A stretch of DNA of 64,000 bases from Leucoraja ocellata (GCA_036785375.1 JAWMAR010000351.1:186001-250000), one strand, 5' to 3'. Counted from the first letter of the stretch, positions 24,469-45,539 are shown. Notes: generated by a model not told the origin, from the sequence alone. Numbers and translations are program-made.

Positions 24469-27400
24469 TTTATTTTTGTGGGGGGTTAATTGTACACCAC
24501 TAAATTTCACCACCTGCAGTGTATAAGATACTTCTGCCACCATTTTAAATTCAGTGGGTCGGTCACCCATCAATGGTTATATATTTCCCTTTCTCGGTGA
24601 GGGAAGAATCATGTGTAAGTCCATTGCTGGTTGTGACTGTAAAATCTCAATGCAGTATCCATTCAGAAATATTTTCCATCCTGTTATGGAATTAGAGATG
24701 ACCGCAGTGCTCCAAAGATTTTTACCATTGCATCTTAAGAATATTTGTCTTCAGTGTTTTTATTTTTAAGGTGTTACAGACTTTATTTACTGTGGTTGGA
24801 TTATACCATTTGATCAACCATTGCTCTTCATGGCTGATGAGTCAAGCTTGGGTAAACGGAATGAATGATCAGTTGTAGGCTTGAGACCCCTGCTTACTTT
24901 AAAAAAAAAATGTTTCCTTTCAAATTGGCAAGCGATTGTGAATACCTTTGCTTTGTGATCATCATATGCAACTTGTATCACTGAATGCAAAGTACAATAT
25001 CAAACCAATTCCCAGAACCATGATAAATCTACTTTTAAACAGTATGTGCACCTCACTTGGTACAAAGTAGACAACTTGCTGTGCGATGCAAGATGCTGTG
25101 CGTTGCATGTTGTGTGAACTGCATACTTACATACACAGACATACCTCACCTAGGTAGTCATGCAATTTCTAACAATCTACCCTCTTGAAGCTTTGAGGGA
25201 AGGGTTATTGGCCAATGATCCAGAAAAGAGAATTCCAGTTACAGTGGTTAATATGGAGCAACTTGATAGATGCTGTTTTTAGCCTCAGTTATCAAGTTCA
25301 GGTTCTTTGCACATGCAAATAGATTAAAGTCAAGCATGTATGGGGATAATTTCTGATGTATTCCCAACAAACCTTCCAAATTGCTTTTCAAAGCACTGTT
25401 TCATGATGAGCAATTTCATCAAGTCGCGTTTAGTTCTCATGTTAGCATACAAGACTCTTCTTGATATTGATGCCAATATAGAATTGATAACATCATTCAA
25501 CTGAAATAAAATGTTCACTTTTAAACAAAAACACAAGCAATGAGACTAGGTGTGTTGCAGCATCTGTAACGCAAGGAACAGTACAAGGTTATTTATCCCC
25601 CCCAGCATGTCTGCTGATCAATGAAAATATGGATTATCTGTTAACTAATACCATGTTCTATAACTCCTTCGAAGAAAAGAGTCTTACATTTTTGGATTCA
25701 AAGTTGGTAGTTGATCTAGCAGTAGGGCTTCAAATCTTTATCATCCCTTGAGTGTTGAAGTTTTTACATGATCACTGATAATAGTTTTTTGAAATATTCA
25801 CTACTTTTCAAGCCTAACCAGTGGGGGGAAAAGTTTCCCTCTTCTGTTACTCCCCCTCCCACACCATGGCACCTCTGTGTAATTCACCAGTATCTTGAAA
25901 CGGTAGTCAAATCCGTGCTTAACCTAGGTTTCCCTGGAAATTCAATCTTATTTTGTGTGATCTCCAATCATTCAATTTGCAACTTCCTCCATATGTTTCT
26001 CTTCAACCATCGTGGTCATAGAATTTCCATTGTGTTACTTTATTTTCTGAACCTTGCCAAGTTTTTTCTCCTACTTTAAAGCTATTTTCAACATTGTTAT
26101 TCTAAGACAGACAAATTGAACAGGTGAAATGGAAAGTGTGTTTGACTGTCATTGATGCTGTTTTCAACCTACAATTCAAGTACTAGTCTGCTGCATCATC
26201 TTCATGATAGATCGCATAGCCATATATGAGCATATTTTTGACATTCATATTATATATTGGTTATTTCAGAATTAATGATCATATTGCTTGCTCCACACGC
26301 ATTGCGCTGTCCCCACTTACAAGGGAAAAAATCTGACTTTCTGTAAGGCCAAAATCCAGGATGACTTTAATAATGTCTGAAAAAAATTTAATAAATCTGT
26401 GGGTTTATTTTTCTTCCAATTTGATGGACCAAAATTAACATTTAAACCCAGCTATTTATGATGGGAATTTATTCAAATGAGCCAGAGTTTTCCATTAAAT
26501 CTTTGTTCCATTTCTTGGGTGATTGAGGTCCTTCGTTCTTGGAGATCCACTTGTGGAATAATATAACGGAAGACAAATTAAAAAAAAGTGAAATGGTAAA
26601 TATACCAAAACTGGGTTTGGTTCCTTCGTCATATCTCAATGAAATTCTGCTGAATTGAGTTTCCCCATTTACTGCTGTCTCATTTAATCTATGGGTGAAA
26701 TACGGCAGTCCAGGAGGTGAAAATCCCCTGTCTCATATACACCCATGAAGATAATGATCTGTAAAATACAACATTCATGTGTTTTTTATTCTTTAATTCT
26801 CTAAAAATGTGACATTTGATATGTAGCAAATTAATTTTGGATGGACAGTCATGTATTTAGGGTAATGGCGCATTAAAAAGGTAACTTTTTTGGAGGTAGA
26901 TTTCCCTTTTAAACGTTGAATTTTTGTTATAAACGTTGCTGTTTGTGAGTACTGTCATTTTTCTTAGTGAAAATGCTGTTTCTGGCGTAGTTTGAAAACC
27001 ATGTTTAAGTTGGTGGTTGAATAGCTTGCTCTTGGGTTTCAGGAATAAAATTTCAGGAACAAAGTTTCAGCCATACCTGTTTCAAATGATATGATAAATA
27101 CATGGCAACTTTGATTTTTCTACTTAAGTCCTTGACTTGTCGATTTTTAAATTTGTATTGCATCTGCACCAAAATGCACGTTTTAGTGTACAAGTACAGT
27201 CGCACCAGCAGCATCTCCCCCCCTCCTCCCAACCTCATGTAATTTCAATCACTCTCATCTGGTGTTTCGACCAATACCTAGCCAGAAGCTTTATGTATAA
27301 TTGTCTATTAGAATTATATACATTGTTTTGATGTCTGAGCAAATGGTCACTTACACAAAATATAATCACCTCATCCAGATTCAAAGGGAGCTAATTTTTG

Positions 27401-29662
27401 CATAACTATGGCCAGGGTTTCTTTCATAATCTCCTCTGATTAAGAACCAGGAACTTTTGTTTTCTGAACAGAATGCTAGGAAAACACTAAAGTACATTCA
27501 ATAGTGTGTCATTAGCCTTTTTTTTTCTCCTGGTGAAGGAAGTTGGTACTCTTTAAAGTATTAAAAAATAAGTAAAGGAGCATTAATGGTCCAAAATTAA
27601 ATGGCTATAAATGGATTTTTTGGGATTAATGAGGGAAAAATAACCTTGTTTGCTTTTAGCCATGCATTTATGTAAAGGAAATCTGTCAGTCATAAAGTCA
27701 TATCAATGACTAGAACAGCCATTCACACCAATATACATGTTTTCTAAATGCCCAAATAGATGGATATTATTAATATAAAGAAATTCAGAACAAATTAGTT
27801 TATTGCAGATTCAAACTCAATTCATTTCAAAGCAGTTTTAATACAGAGCGAAATTATGCCTTTTCCAATTTGGGGAGACTTCAAACACTTAGTCCTTTTT
27901 AACCTATGCCATTAGACTAGTTTCTTTCAAATTTCTTTCCCATCCTCCAAAAGGTAGATATTCTTTTAGTTTATAGTTACAATCAGGTGCTGAAATGTTG
28001 CTCTAGCTCCACGCCCATCACCTAAATATTCTCCCTGTATGCTCAGCATCGGTGAAGCAGTTATTTAATAGAATTGAATGCAAAATTAAATTAATTAAAA
28101 AGAATTGTATTATATTGTTAACATCATTTTCTCAAAAATTAAAAATCATCTTGCCTGGGTTCCAAGAGAAGAGAATATTTGTGAGAGGCTAAAATTGGCA
28201 TCTGTGGCCAAAGTTATTTTTTAACAATCTCTTCTGATTGGTAATCTGCAAATCTCACAATGGTATTTATTTGAATATCCTGCTCAGGAAACACCAGTGA
28301 AATAACACTTAGAATGAATGTACATGTTATATAAAGTGTCTTGCTTAATTTAGAGAAGTGGTCATTCATCGTTCCCAGTCATTCTGTATGTAAGATATAC
28401 AATACCTATATTTTCAGGTTACTGTAGGAATCATTTCCAAACTTTATACAAATGTTTTGCCATTACTTGGGTACCAACTAACATACCCAATTGCCTGGAT
28501 TGTTCCCCGCCGAATTTTGAAATCTTACACTTCAGTGAAACTGAAATATCACTGAATACTCATTACTATTGATGCGGGTAGTACTAAATTATTAATTTTT
28601 GTGATAAATGTAACTTTCAAAGCAGTTAATAACATTTTATTTCCATTCAACTAATTCTGGAGCCAGTGTAAAAGATTTTAGCGTTTTAAATCAGCAGCTT
28701 ATTCCATTTAAATAATTGAAACAGAGCCTTGCAAGATGTTCTTTTAATTTTCCTTCATCATCCATGTCCTACAAGACGGCCAGTGGAATGGTATGGCTTT
28801 AACTGGATTACAGAACCATTTAATTTTCAAAAAAAAACACAGAGCTCTTTACTAGCCATTCCTAAGTAACAGATGCACTGAAAAAAACAATAAAAAAACA
28901 AATACATTTGTTTCTGGCAGCAAACACGCGGGCGAGGGGGAGAAGTGTGGAAGCTGGGAATGTTTGAGTTAGAGAACTTTCAAATTATCTTTGAAAATAA
29001 TCAAGAAATTAAAAGATAAAACAAATTATTAGCATAATAAGGGTGCCACTCTTGATTTATCAGAAGGAAGATTAGACATTTTAGAGTGAAGTTTATTGTA
29101 GAATCTGGCGAATCGACGGAGTTGGCAGAAGGCTAACATCAGTAAATTAAAGGGGAAATTGGATTGTCTTGAAAAACATGAATTCAAAATTATGAAAATG
29201 ATTGTGGGATTTGTTTCCTTTGAAGATTAACTGGGCAAGCTTACAAAAAACTGTAGTAGCCTTTCAGTCCTGTCCAAGTACACTATTGCATAAAAAACTA
29301 ACATCAAGGTGTTCCATTTGAAATATAAATGTGTTCTTATCCAGCAAAAGTTATGATTAGAAGATGCAGTACTGGTTCCTTGAAGATTAAAACGGGCAAG
29401 AAAAAATGATGGAGAAATAAGGAACTGCAGGTGTTGGTTTCCAAAAAACAACTAAGCGCTGGAGTAACTCAGCAGGTCAGGCAGCATCACTGAAGGACAC
29501 AGGTGATGTTTTGAGTCGGGACCCTCAAGAAAAAGGATGCTACATTGTCAAAAGATATCAATGGAGCAAGACTGATGAAGATCGTTAACGAGCATCACAG
29601 GAAAGTTGTGCAATAGTTACAATCAACAGCGTTATTACAACTTAATAGAAAAATGATCTGTG

Positions 29663-29853
29663 TCAAGCCTTCTGGTTCTTGGATTCTATTGAAAGGACTG
29701 TTGCATCAATTTGTTGCTGCCTAAATTCCATCCTTGCTTGGCGATTTGACTCCAACAGTTCTTGAAATTTAGCATTTAGTACATCGTTCTTCTCCTCAAG
29801 GTTGTCCAAGCAAGAGTCAATCTGATCAAGCATCAAGTTGAGTGTATCATATT
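29663..29853 (-). CDS. bbln: bbln exon 2
   Basis: ttggcag acceptor, coiled-coil sequence, TGA stop. Confidence 0.95.
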
Positions 29854-32800
29854 CTGCCAAAGATGGACAGAGGTGAGGAATACATCTCTAATTACAGATT
29901 GAATTAGACACAACAGAAATAACAAAAGTACAACATTGAGTCACATTTGCAGACAATTAATTACTTTTGGCGGTCCATTATAATATAAGATTTGCAGATA
30001 ATAAGGGTTTTCACATGACTGGGAGACGATTGCAATGAAGTGTTTTCTTGGGATACTCGCTGGGGGATGACCGATTAAAACACCTGAAAGAATACATGCA
30101 TTTTCAATAATATGAGAAATTACATCCACTAGAGGGAAGACATGCCTGTTTGGAACAGTTCTTATTGCAAACGTACTCTGGTACCATCCATCAACTCTGC
30201 TGCGTCGACTGCATTGGGGTTGCCTCCTGCACTCGTGCAGAACATGTTGATTTCATTAACTTTACAACCTGCCATCAAACTCACTTGGACTATTCTTTCT
30301 AGATCTCTCTCCATCAGAGAGGAGAGAGTATCATTTAACATCTATTACAAACTCATCAACTAGTTATCGGAAGTAAACCACCTCCCACCCTGCCTCTTGC
30401 AAAGACGCTATCCTCTACTCTCAATTTCTCTGTCTCCTCTGCATCTGCTCACAAGATGAAACTTTCCATTCAAGGACATCCAAGATCTTTATAAACATGG
30501 TCTCTTTGCAACCCTACCCCCTCTTGCATAGATGGATCCCTCACCTGTATCCTGTTGTTCTGCACTCATGCCCCACTCTGCCCAGATCGTGCAAGGAGGG
30601 TTTCACTGAAACTTACATTCTACCCCATCATGCCCACCACATCCAACACCTCATTCTCTGCATTTCTGCCACCTGTTATGTGATCTCACCACTAGTCACA
30701 TCTTCCTATCACCACCCCTTTCTGCCTTCCACAAAGACCGCTTCCTCCGAAACTCCTTGGTTCACTCATCCCTTCCCACCCAAACTGCCCCCCTCCCCTG
30801 GTACTTTCCCCTGCAACTGCGGTAGATGCAACACCTATCCGTGTACCTCCTTCCTCACATCCATCCAGGGACCCCAGCAGTCCTTCCAGGTGAAATGGAT
30901 ATTCATGTGCAACTCCTTTAATCTTATCTCCTGCAGTTGGTGTTCTCAATGTGGCCTTTACATCGGCGAGACCAAATGAAGACATGGTGACGTCTTGCAC
31001 GGCACAGTGACACAACGGTAGAGTTGCTGCCTTACAGCGCCAGGGACCTGAGTTCAATCCTGACCACGGGTGCCATCTATATGGAGTTTGTATGTTCTGG
31101 TAACCGTGTGAGTTTTCTCCAGGTGCTTCAATTTCCTCTCACATTCCAAAGACGTACAGATTTGTAGGAAGGAACAGCAGATGCTGGTGTAAGCCGAAGA
31201 TAGACAAAAAGCTGGAGTAACTCAGCGGGACAGGCAGCATTTCTGGAGAGAAGGAATGAGTGACGTTTCGAGTCGAGACCCTTCAGACTGATTAGAGATA
31301 TAGACAATGATAGATAAAAGAACAATGAATGAAAGATATGCAAAAAAAGTACCAATGATAAAGGAAACAAGCCATTGTTAGCTGTTGGGTGAAAACGAGA
31401 AGCTAGTGGGGGAGGGAGAGGGAATGCTGGGGCTACCTGAAGTTAGAGAAATCACAATTCATACTATCCACTGGACTGTAAGTTGCCCAAGCGAAATATG
31501 AGATGCTGGTCCTCCAATTTGCGTTTAGCCTCACTCTGACAATGGAGGAGTTCTAGGACAGAAAGGTCTGTGTGGGAATGGGAAAGGGAATTAAAGTGTT
31601 TAGCAACTGGGAGATCTGGTAGGTTCAGGTGGACTGAGCGAAGGTGTTAAGTGATACGATCGCCTAGTCTACGCTTGGTCTTGCCGATGTCTAAGAGTCC
31701 ACATCTTGAACAACGGATACAGTAGATGAGGTTGGAGGAGGTGCATGTGAACCTCTGCCTAACCTGAAAGGACTCTCGGAGTCCCTGGACAGACTCGAGG
31801 GCGGAAGTATAGGGACAGGTGTTGCATCTTCTGCGGTTGCAGGGGAAGGTACCTGGGGAGGAGATGGCCTGGGTGGGAAGGGATGAGTTAACCAGGGAGT
31901 TGCAGAGGGAACGGCGGAAGGCGGAAAGGGGTGGAGATGGGAAGATGTGTCTACCGTTGGGATCCCATTGGAGGTGGTGAAAATTTTGGAGGATTATGTG
32001 TTGTGTGCAACAACTGATGGGGTGAAAGGTAAGGATTAGAATGAAGGGGAGCAAAGGCAGAACTGCAGGGTACCGAGGAGACGCGAGTGAGGGTCTCATC
32101 TATGATGGGAATGGGGAATCCCTGTTCCCTAAAGAATGAGGATATCTTGGATGTCCAGATTTGTAGGTTAATTGACTTTGGTGAGTTGTAAAATTGTCCC
32201 TAGTGTGTGTAGGTGAGGGTACAAGGTGATCGCTGGTCAGCATGGATTCAGTGGGCCAAAGGGCCTGTAACCGTGCTGGATCCCTAAAGTTTAAATCGCT
32301 GTAGACCTAACGGTATGAACATTACATTCTCCAATTTTAGATAATTAACTTACAAACATCCATCCAGCCCCCTCCTAAAATCAGTATGATGAAGGGCCTC
32401 TACCCGAAACATCATCTATCGATGTTCTCCAAAGATGCTGCCTGACCTGAGTTACTCTAGCATATTGTGTCCTTTTGCCGCCTCCAACGGGATCCCACTA
32501 CTGGCAACATCCTTCCATCTGCACCCCCTTTCTGCTTTCCGCAGAGACCATTCCCTCCGCAACACCTTGGTCAACTCGTCCCTTCCCACCCAAACCACCC
32601 CCCTTCCCTTGGTACTTTCCGCTGGAGCCGCAGGAGATGCAACACCTGGCCCTTTACCTCCCCCCCTCGACTACATCCAAGGACACCAACAGTCTTTTCA
32701 GGTGAGGCAGAGGTTCACTTGCACCTTCTCCAATCTACTGTATCTGCTGTTCCTGGTGTCAACTTCTCTACATCGGTGAGACCAAGCGCAGGCTCGGCGA

Positions 32801-33593
32801 TCGTTTCACTGAACACCTCCACTCAGTCTGCCTTAAACTTCCTGATATCCCGGTTGCTCAGCACTTTAACACCCCCTCCCATTCCAAAATGACGTTTCTG
32901 TCCTGGGCCTCCTCCGTTGTCAGAGTGAGGCCCAGTGTAAACTGGAGGAATAGCATCTCATATTTCGCTTGGGTAGTTTACACCCCAGCGTTATGAACTT
33001 CTCTAACTTCAAATAGCACTGGCTTTCCCTCTCTCTCCATCCCCTCCCACTTCCCAGTTCTCCCACCAGTCTTCCTGTCTCCGACTACATTTAATCTGTC
33101 CCGCCCACTCACCTGACATCAAGTCTGAAGAAGGATCTCGACCCGAAACGTCACCCATTCCTTCTCTCCAGAGATGCTGCCTGACCCGCTGAGTTACTCC
33201 GGCATTTTGTGTCTATCACACATATATACACACACTGAACTTGTTTTTGTCGTTTATTATATCGTTTACAGAGTGCTATGTTTACATGTTCTGTTATGCT
33301 GCTGCAAGTAAGAATGTCATTGTTCTAGTTAGGACATGTGACAATAAAACACTCTTGGCTTGTCTCGTGATCAATCTGAAGAAGTAAAACACGAAATGCT
33401 GGAGTAACTCAGCGGCTCACTAAAGTAAAAGGCGTCGTTGCCTGTTCATTCCTTCAACGGACGCTGCCTGGCCCGTTGAGCCCCTTCAGCACTTTGTGTT
33501 TTGAGTTTCCGTCCACTGGCTTTTACCTTCAGCGGGTACATCGTCCTCTTCATGCTCCACATTAACAGCCGGCTCTCCATTCGGCCCCGACAT
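29663..33593 (-). CDS. bbln: Bublin coiled-coil protein (BBLN/C9orf16), 85 aa; complement(join(29663..29853,33527..33593))
   Basis: Exon 1 MSGPNGEPAVNVEHEEDDVPAE with G|gtaaaa donor. Exon 2 EYDTLNLMLDQIDSCLDNLEEKND...QELLESNRQARMEF matches the family. Total 258 nt. Confidence 0.95.
30140..30998 (+). mobile_element. Penelope-like element A (decayed RT C-terminus plus GIY-YIG); its 3' end resumes at about 32296..32470
   Basis: GTFPCNCGRCNTYP...CSWCSQCGLYIGETK in ORF 30497..30979. Confidence 0.85.
31000..32295 (+). mobile_element. V-SINE (HE1-like) split by Penelope B into 31000..31168 and 32156..32295
   Basis: A/B-box-like head (ggtagagttgctgccttacagcgcc...gagttcaatcc); the two halves rejoin at the TSD. 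Confidence 0.85.
31169..32155 (-). mobile_element. Penelope-like element B (GIY-YIG plus terminal repeat), inserted in a SINE
   Basis: CNRRRCNTC...NLIYCIRCSRCGLLDIGKTKRRLGDR; 12-bp TSD CAGATTTGTAGG. Confidence 0.9.
32472..33216 (+). mobile_element. Penelope-like element C (3' part plus terminal repeat)
   Basis: Frameshifted GIY-YIG (QVRQRFTCTFSNL...YIGETKRRLGDRF) followed by the terminal repeat. Confidence 0.9.
33121..33156 (+). ncRNA. Putative minimal type-I hammerhead ribozyme in the Penelope terminal repeat
   Basis: CTGAAGA(A) - stem II GGAT-CTCG-ACCC (one mismatch) - GAAA - CGTC, with palindromic ACGT stem III. Confidence 0.6.
33527..33593 (-). CDS. bbln: bbln exon 1
   Basis: ATG TCG GGG CCG AAT GGA (MSGPNG); phase-1 donor. 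Confidence 0.92.
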
Positions 33594-34559
33594 TGCAACA
33601 AAATCCTCTTCCCCGGGGATTGTAGCAACTGGAGCTTCACCTCTGACCTCAATGTAACAACCGGCTGCAAGGGGCCCTAACGCGGGGTGTCCCTAACCCG
33701 CCTGAGAAACGCTCCCTTAATTAATCGTCCATTATTTTTGTTCCTAAATCATTTCAAGTACAAAAAAAGAACATAATTCGGAGGATTATCATAGATTCCG
33801 GCAGCGAGGCAGACAGTCGGCTGCGAGGACGATCTTGTTGCAATGTCAGCAGTTTGCCCTTGGTTGAAAGGGTTCGCTTAAAAACCCTGGAGGAAAAGGA
33901 TAGAAAGTCATTAACTTCAGGCCACGACATTTGTTAAAGTAAGAAAAGCTCCTCCAAGAACCCCTGAGAAACGTTGTAACCAAAAAAACCTTATCATAGC
34001 TATAATGTAAGAGGCACAGCAACCAATATTGTGTAGAGGCCAGAAACAACATAATACTGATTGAAGAATGAAACGCATGTTTGTTAATAAATAAGTATAT
34101 CAGATTTTTGAAGAATTCACGTGCTGTGTATCAACATGGTGTGGGTTTAGATCTGAGAGGGGAGTTAGGGGGGCCAGGATTGATGCTGAAGAGACCACCT
34201 CTGACAGTACATACTCAGTGTTGAGTTGCAGATAATTCATTTAGTCAGATCTGAGGTCACATAATTTTCAATCCCACATTTTCAAATGTAGTAGTGCACA
34301 CTGATAATGCCATTTCCACATTGAAAGTCTTTCAGTGACAGTAGGGCACACAGTATTGTGAGATATGTGTTAATATGGATCCGTTTTCACAAAATTAGTC
34401 TTTCTTGGACTGAAAAGATGCAAATGGAGGAGTACCCCAAGGATCAGTTTTTATTTCAATTATTCCCTTTTTATAGGACCGACTCGGAGGACGGGACAGG
34501 GTCAATTTTGCCGAAGATACAAAAATTATTGGGATGGGCATGTTGTGCTGAGGATGTTT

Positions 34560-35310
34560 GACTCTGCAAAAGTTTACAGATGATTTGAGTGAAGGAAGTG
34601 GAAACTAAATGAGGGGAAAAGAAGAAGTAATGCAATTGTGTAAAAAATATCAAAAGCCGGATTATTATCTAAAAAGAAAGTGCGATTGTAAATAAGTGCG
34701 GTATAGAGGGATCCCTTACCTGAATCAGAAAAAAAACCAGCAGGTGGGTACAGCATGGTAGGAAAGCAAATAACATTTTTTTTTGTAAGGGAATTTGAAG
34801 TTTAACAATAAAAAAGGTTAAAATTGTGCAGGTTGTTCGAGGATGTCTGGAGAGGTTGTCTGGAGTACTATATATTATTTGGACTCCTTATTTAAGAAAT
34901 TATGTTACAAGTGATTGTCAAGGTTAATTGATGGAAGGATTTTCTTGTCACAAACAACTAAAGAAGTTGGACTTCTATTCTTTGGCGTTTAGAAGAATGA
35001 AGGGTGAGCTTATTCAAGATTCACGGAGGCCTGACCTGGAGAGTGAGAGTCTCAAATGAGGGGACAAATTCATAAGAAATAGGGTTGGCATTTAAAACTG
35101 AAGAGTGCAGGAAGTTCTTCCCACAGAGAATGGTGAATGAGGAGGAGGTAGCTCATTATTTTTGAAAGATTAGAGAACTGAGAGCTTTGGGGAATTGGTG
35201 CAAAAGAAAAGATGAGACCTTCGGCAGATCAGCCATGTTTGTATTGAATGGTGGGCATGCTTGAGGGGGCGAGGGGACCATTCTGGCGGCTATTTTATGG
35301 TGTTCTTGAA
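34560..35310 (+). mobile_element. Old CR1-clade LINE fragment
   Basis: Degenerate FRRMKGELI...FFPQRMVN and 3' UTR. Confidence 0.6.
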
Positions 35311-36381
35311 ATGTACACAGGAATTTCAAGTTGTGAACGTTGGTCCAAAAATGTCAGTAAAACCACAAGGAGCGAAGAAGGGTGGGACTCAAAAAGTCAC
35401 TTTTCCATGTTCTCCAGAGATGTTGCCTGACCCACTGAGTTACTGCAGCACTTTGTTTTTTTTCCCTAAAAATGCCAGTTCTGCCTTACATTTTCAACTC
35501 TTAACCAATTAAAATATTTCAGAAAATACAGATTCACAAACTATCATATTTAGATGAAAACACAAGGAAGTGCAAATGTAGGATTCTTGAGCAAAATACA
35601 CAGAGCTGGAGTAACACTGCAGGTCATAGAGTTATACTGTATGGAAATAGGCCATTTGGCCCAACTTGTTCATACTGACTCTGATCTATGCTAGTCCCAT
35701 CAGGCAGCATTTATGGGAGGAATGGACAAACGTTGTTGAGGTTGGGACCCCTCTTCTGACTGAATGTCGGAGGGGGAGAAAGCTGGAAAAGAGGTAGTGG
35801 GACAAAGTCTAGCAAGTGATAGGTAGATACAGGCGAAGGGGATTTGATGATTGTGAGTTGGAATCCAATGCTTATCCCCTCCAGAGACAGGCCAATCAAA
35901 AAAAAATCAGTTGTCGGTCTGGCTGAGTCAATTGATTAGACTGTTTGCCTTTGCGATATTAGAGCTAGTGATTATCTATTAAAATATCGAGGTATCTCGT
36001 TTTTCAAAGGTTTTTATTTATTTTTGTTTGTTAAATTAAAACATATATTGTTGTGCTCTTATTATAAAGAATGGCACACTTGTTATGTTTTGGGGCTGGT
36101 GACACTGAGGCAATTCTCATGCTAAGGTTAAAAGGACTAAATGTGGTCGTGATTATTGGATTTTTGATTTGAGCAGTGATTGGAGTTAGCTTACATTTTA
36201 CGTTGCACAAGCAAAATTATTTTATCAGCACTGTAATAGCTCAGGAACTCAATCGACGAGAAACTCTGTTGTACAGTTGAAATGCCAAGAAGGCATCTGA
36301 AAGGAGAACAAAAAACGGCATTGGAGCAATGCAATGCGCCTTTAAAAATACCAGGACTGAACCTCTTTGCGCGACGTAAAG

Positions 36382-44058
<7,677 letters not shown>

Positions 44059-44220
44059 ACATTTCCATTCATTTTGAACAGACAACTGGATCTTTATGCA
44101 GAGAAGAATGGGATTTATTTAAAAGCTCACAAAACATTCACCCTTTGTTAACAAAGAGTGTGAATTGGTGCAATTCATAGCTTAAATCAGGTCTAAAGCA
44201 AACATCAGGGCAAGCTTAAT

Positions 44221-44231
44221 ATTAAAATAAA
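44221..44231 (+). terminator. Candidate ptges2 polyadenylation signal
   Basis: Overlapping ATTAAA/AATAAA about 165 nt after the stop, followed by a GT/T-rich tract. Confidence 0.55.
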
Positions 44232-45539
44232 ATTGATGAATGTAATCTTGTGCTGTTTTGATCCTAACTCCATTCAAGTGCTGGAATCTTGAGCAAAACA
44301 CAAAGTGCTGGAGGAACTCAATGGGTCAGGCAAAAATAATAAGCAAAAATAAAATGAACAACTGAATTATCCTAAACACACACCAATCCAGTGCATTTGT
44401 GGAGGGAATGAACAAGTTAATGTTTTTGCTGTGATACTTAAGAACTAGTAACAGTGGTCTACTTTTAAATAGGAACAAGGAACGGGAGAGAAAAAGGAAC
44501 CAAAATATACAGATCGAATTATTGGTAGGAAAACTGTTACGTGCACATGTTGTCTCTTTCATGGCCCTTTGTTTCACTTGAGTGCTGTTTTCCTTTTCCT
44601 GAAAAATTAGAGAGCAGAAGAATATTCTCTAAGGTTTGAGCCAATATTTATTTCTGCAAGAATGGAACAATATTATCTAATCATCATCATCATATTGAAT
44701 TGTTCTAATTGCAATTGGCTGCCATATTTTCGGCATCGCATCAATTGCTATTCTCACGGTTTCACTGGGCATATCACATCATTTTAGAGCCCAAGATCAA
44801 GAACGGCGCTGTAAAGATGCAAGTTCTCTTTTTTTCCTTTTTTTTATATATTGAATCGATTTCCTTTGGTGCTGTGAAAATACAAATACCCTGATACATG
44901 GTTTTCCATTAAGATACACCTTGATTCATGACTTTCCATCCTGGCTTAATTGCAAGATAATTCAATTCTACCTCTTTTCAGATCAACAGTAGTTTAACAA
45001 TCCAGGATACACCAGGTTTGTTTAGCAGGGTCAAGAAAGACTGTCCTCTTTTAGCTAAGGCAATTTAATAAATACAAACCTCCAGGTGTCGTCTTTCTTA
45101 CAGTTTGGCTTTCTTCCCGACCAATTGTTCAAGCTCTTTTGATTGCAACATGCGCCTTAATTTAGTTCAACAATCCACCCCCTTGTTCTGACGATCTCTG
45201 GTTCTAGACTATCCTGTGTTAAGTCCTTAAGTGTTAAATTTTGATGTGATTTCTTATTCCACACTCTAGATTATGTAAGCTTAGTGTACTCAATCACACC
45301 TCCTACAACAAGCCTGGATAGACACAAAATGCCTTTTTCACACAAAGGGTGGTGGGTGTATGGAACAAGCTGCCAGAGGGGGTAGTTGAGGCACAGACTA
45401 TCCCAACATTTAAGAAACAGACAGGTACATGAATAAGCCAGGTTTGGAGGGATATGGACCAAATGCATGCAGCTGGGACATGTTGGCCGGTGTGAGCTAG
45501 TGGGGTCGTAGTGTTTCAATGTAGCACTTAATGACTGAG

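Noticed and set aside
23563-24573. Several antisense ORFs over the ciz1 terminal exon
   Set aside because: Shadow frames of a low-complexity coding exon with no independent signals.
31000-31075. tRNA gene
   Set aside because: It is the tRNA-derived head of a SINE and continues into the V-domain; no full cloverleaf.
30497-32892. ORFs of 114-160 aa read as novel host genes
   Set aside because: They are frameshifted Penelope RT/GIY-YIG remnants; no intact element is present.
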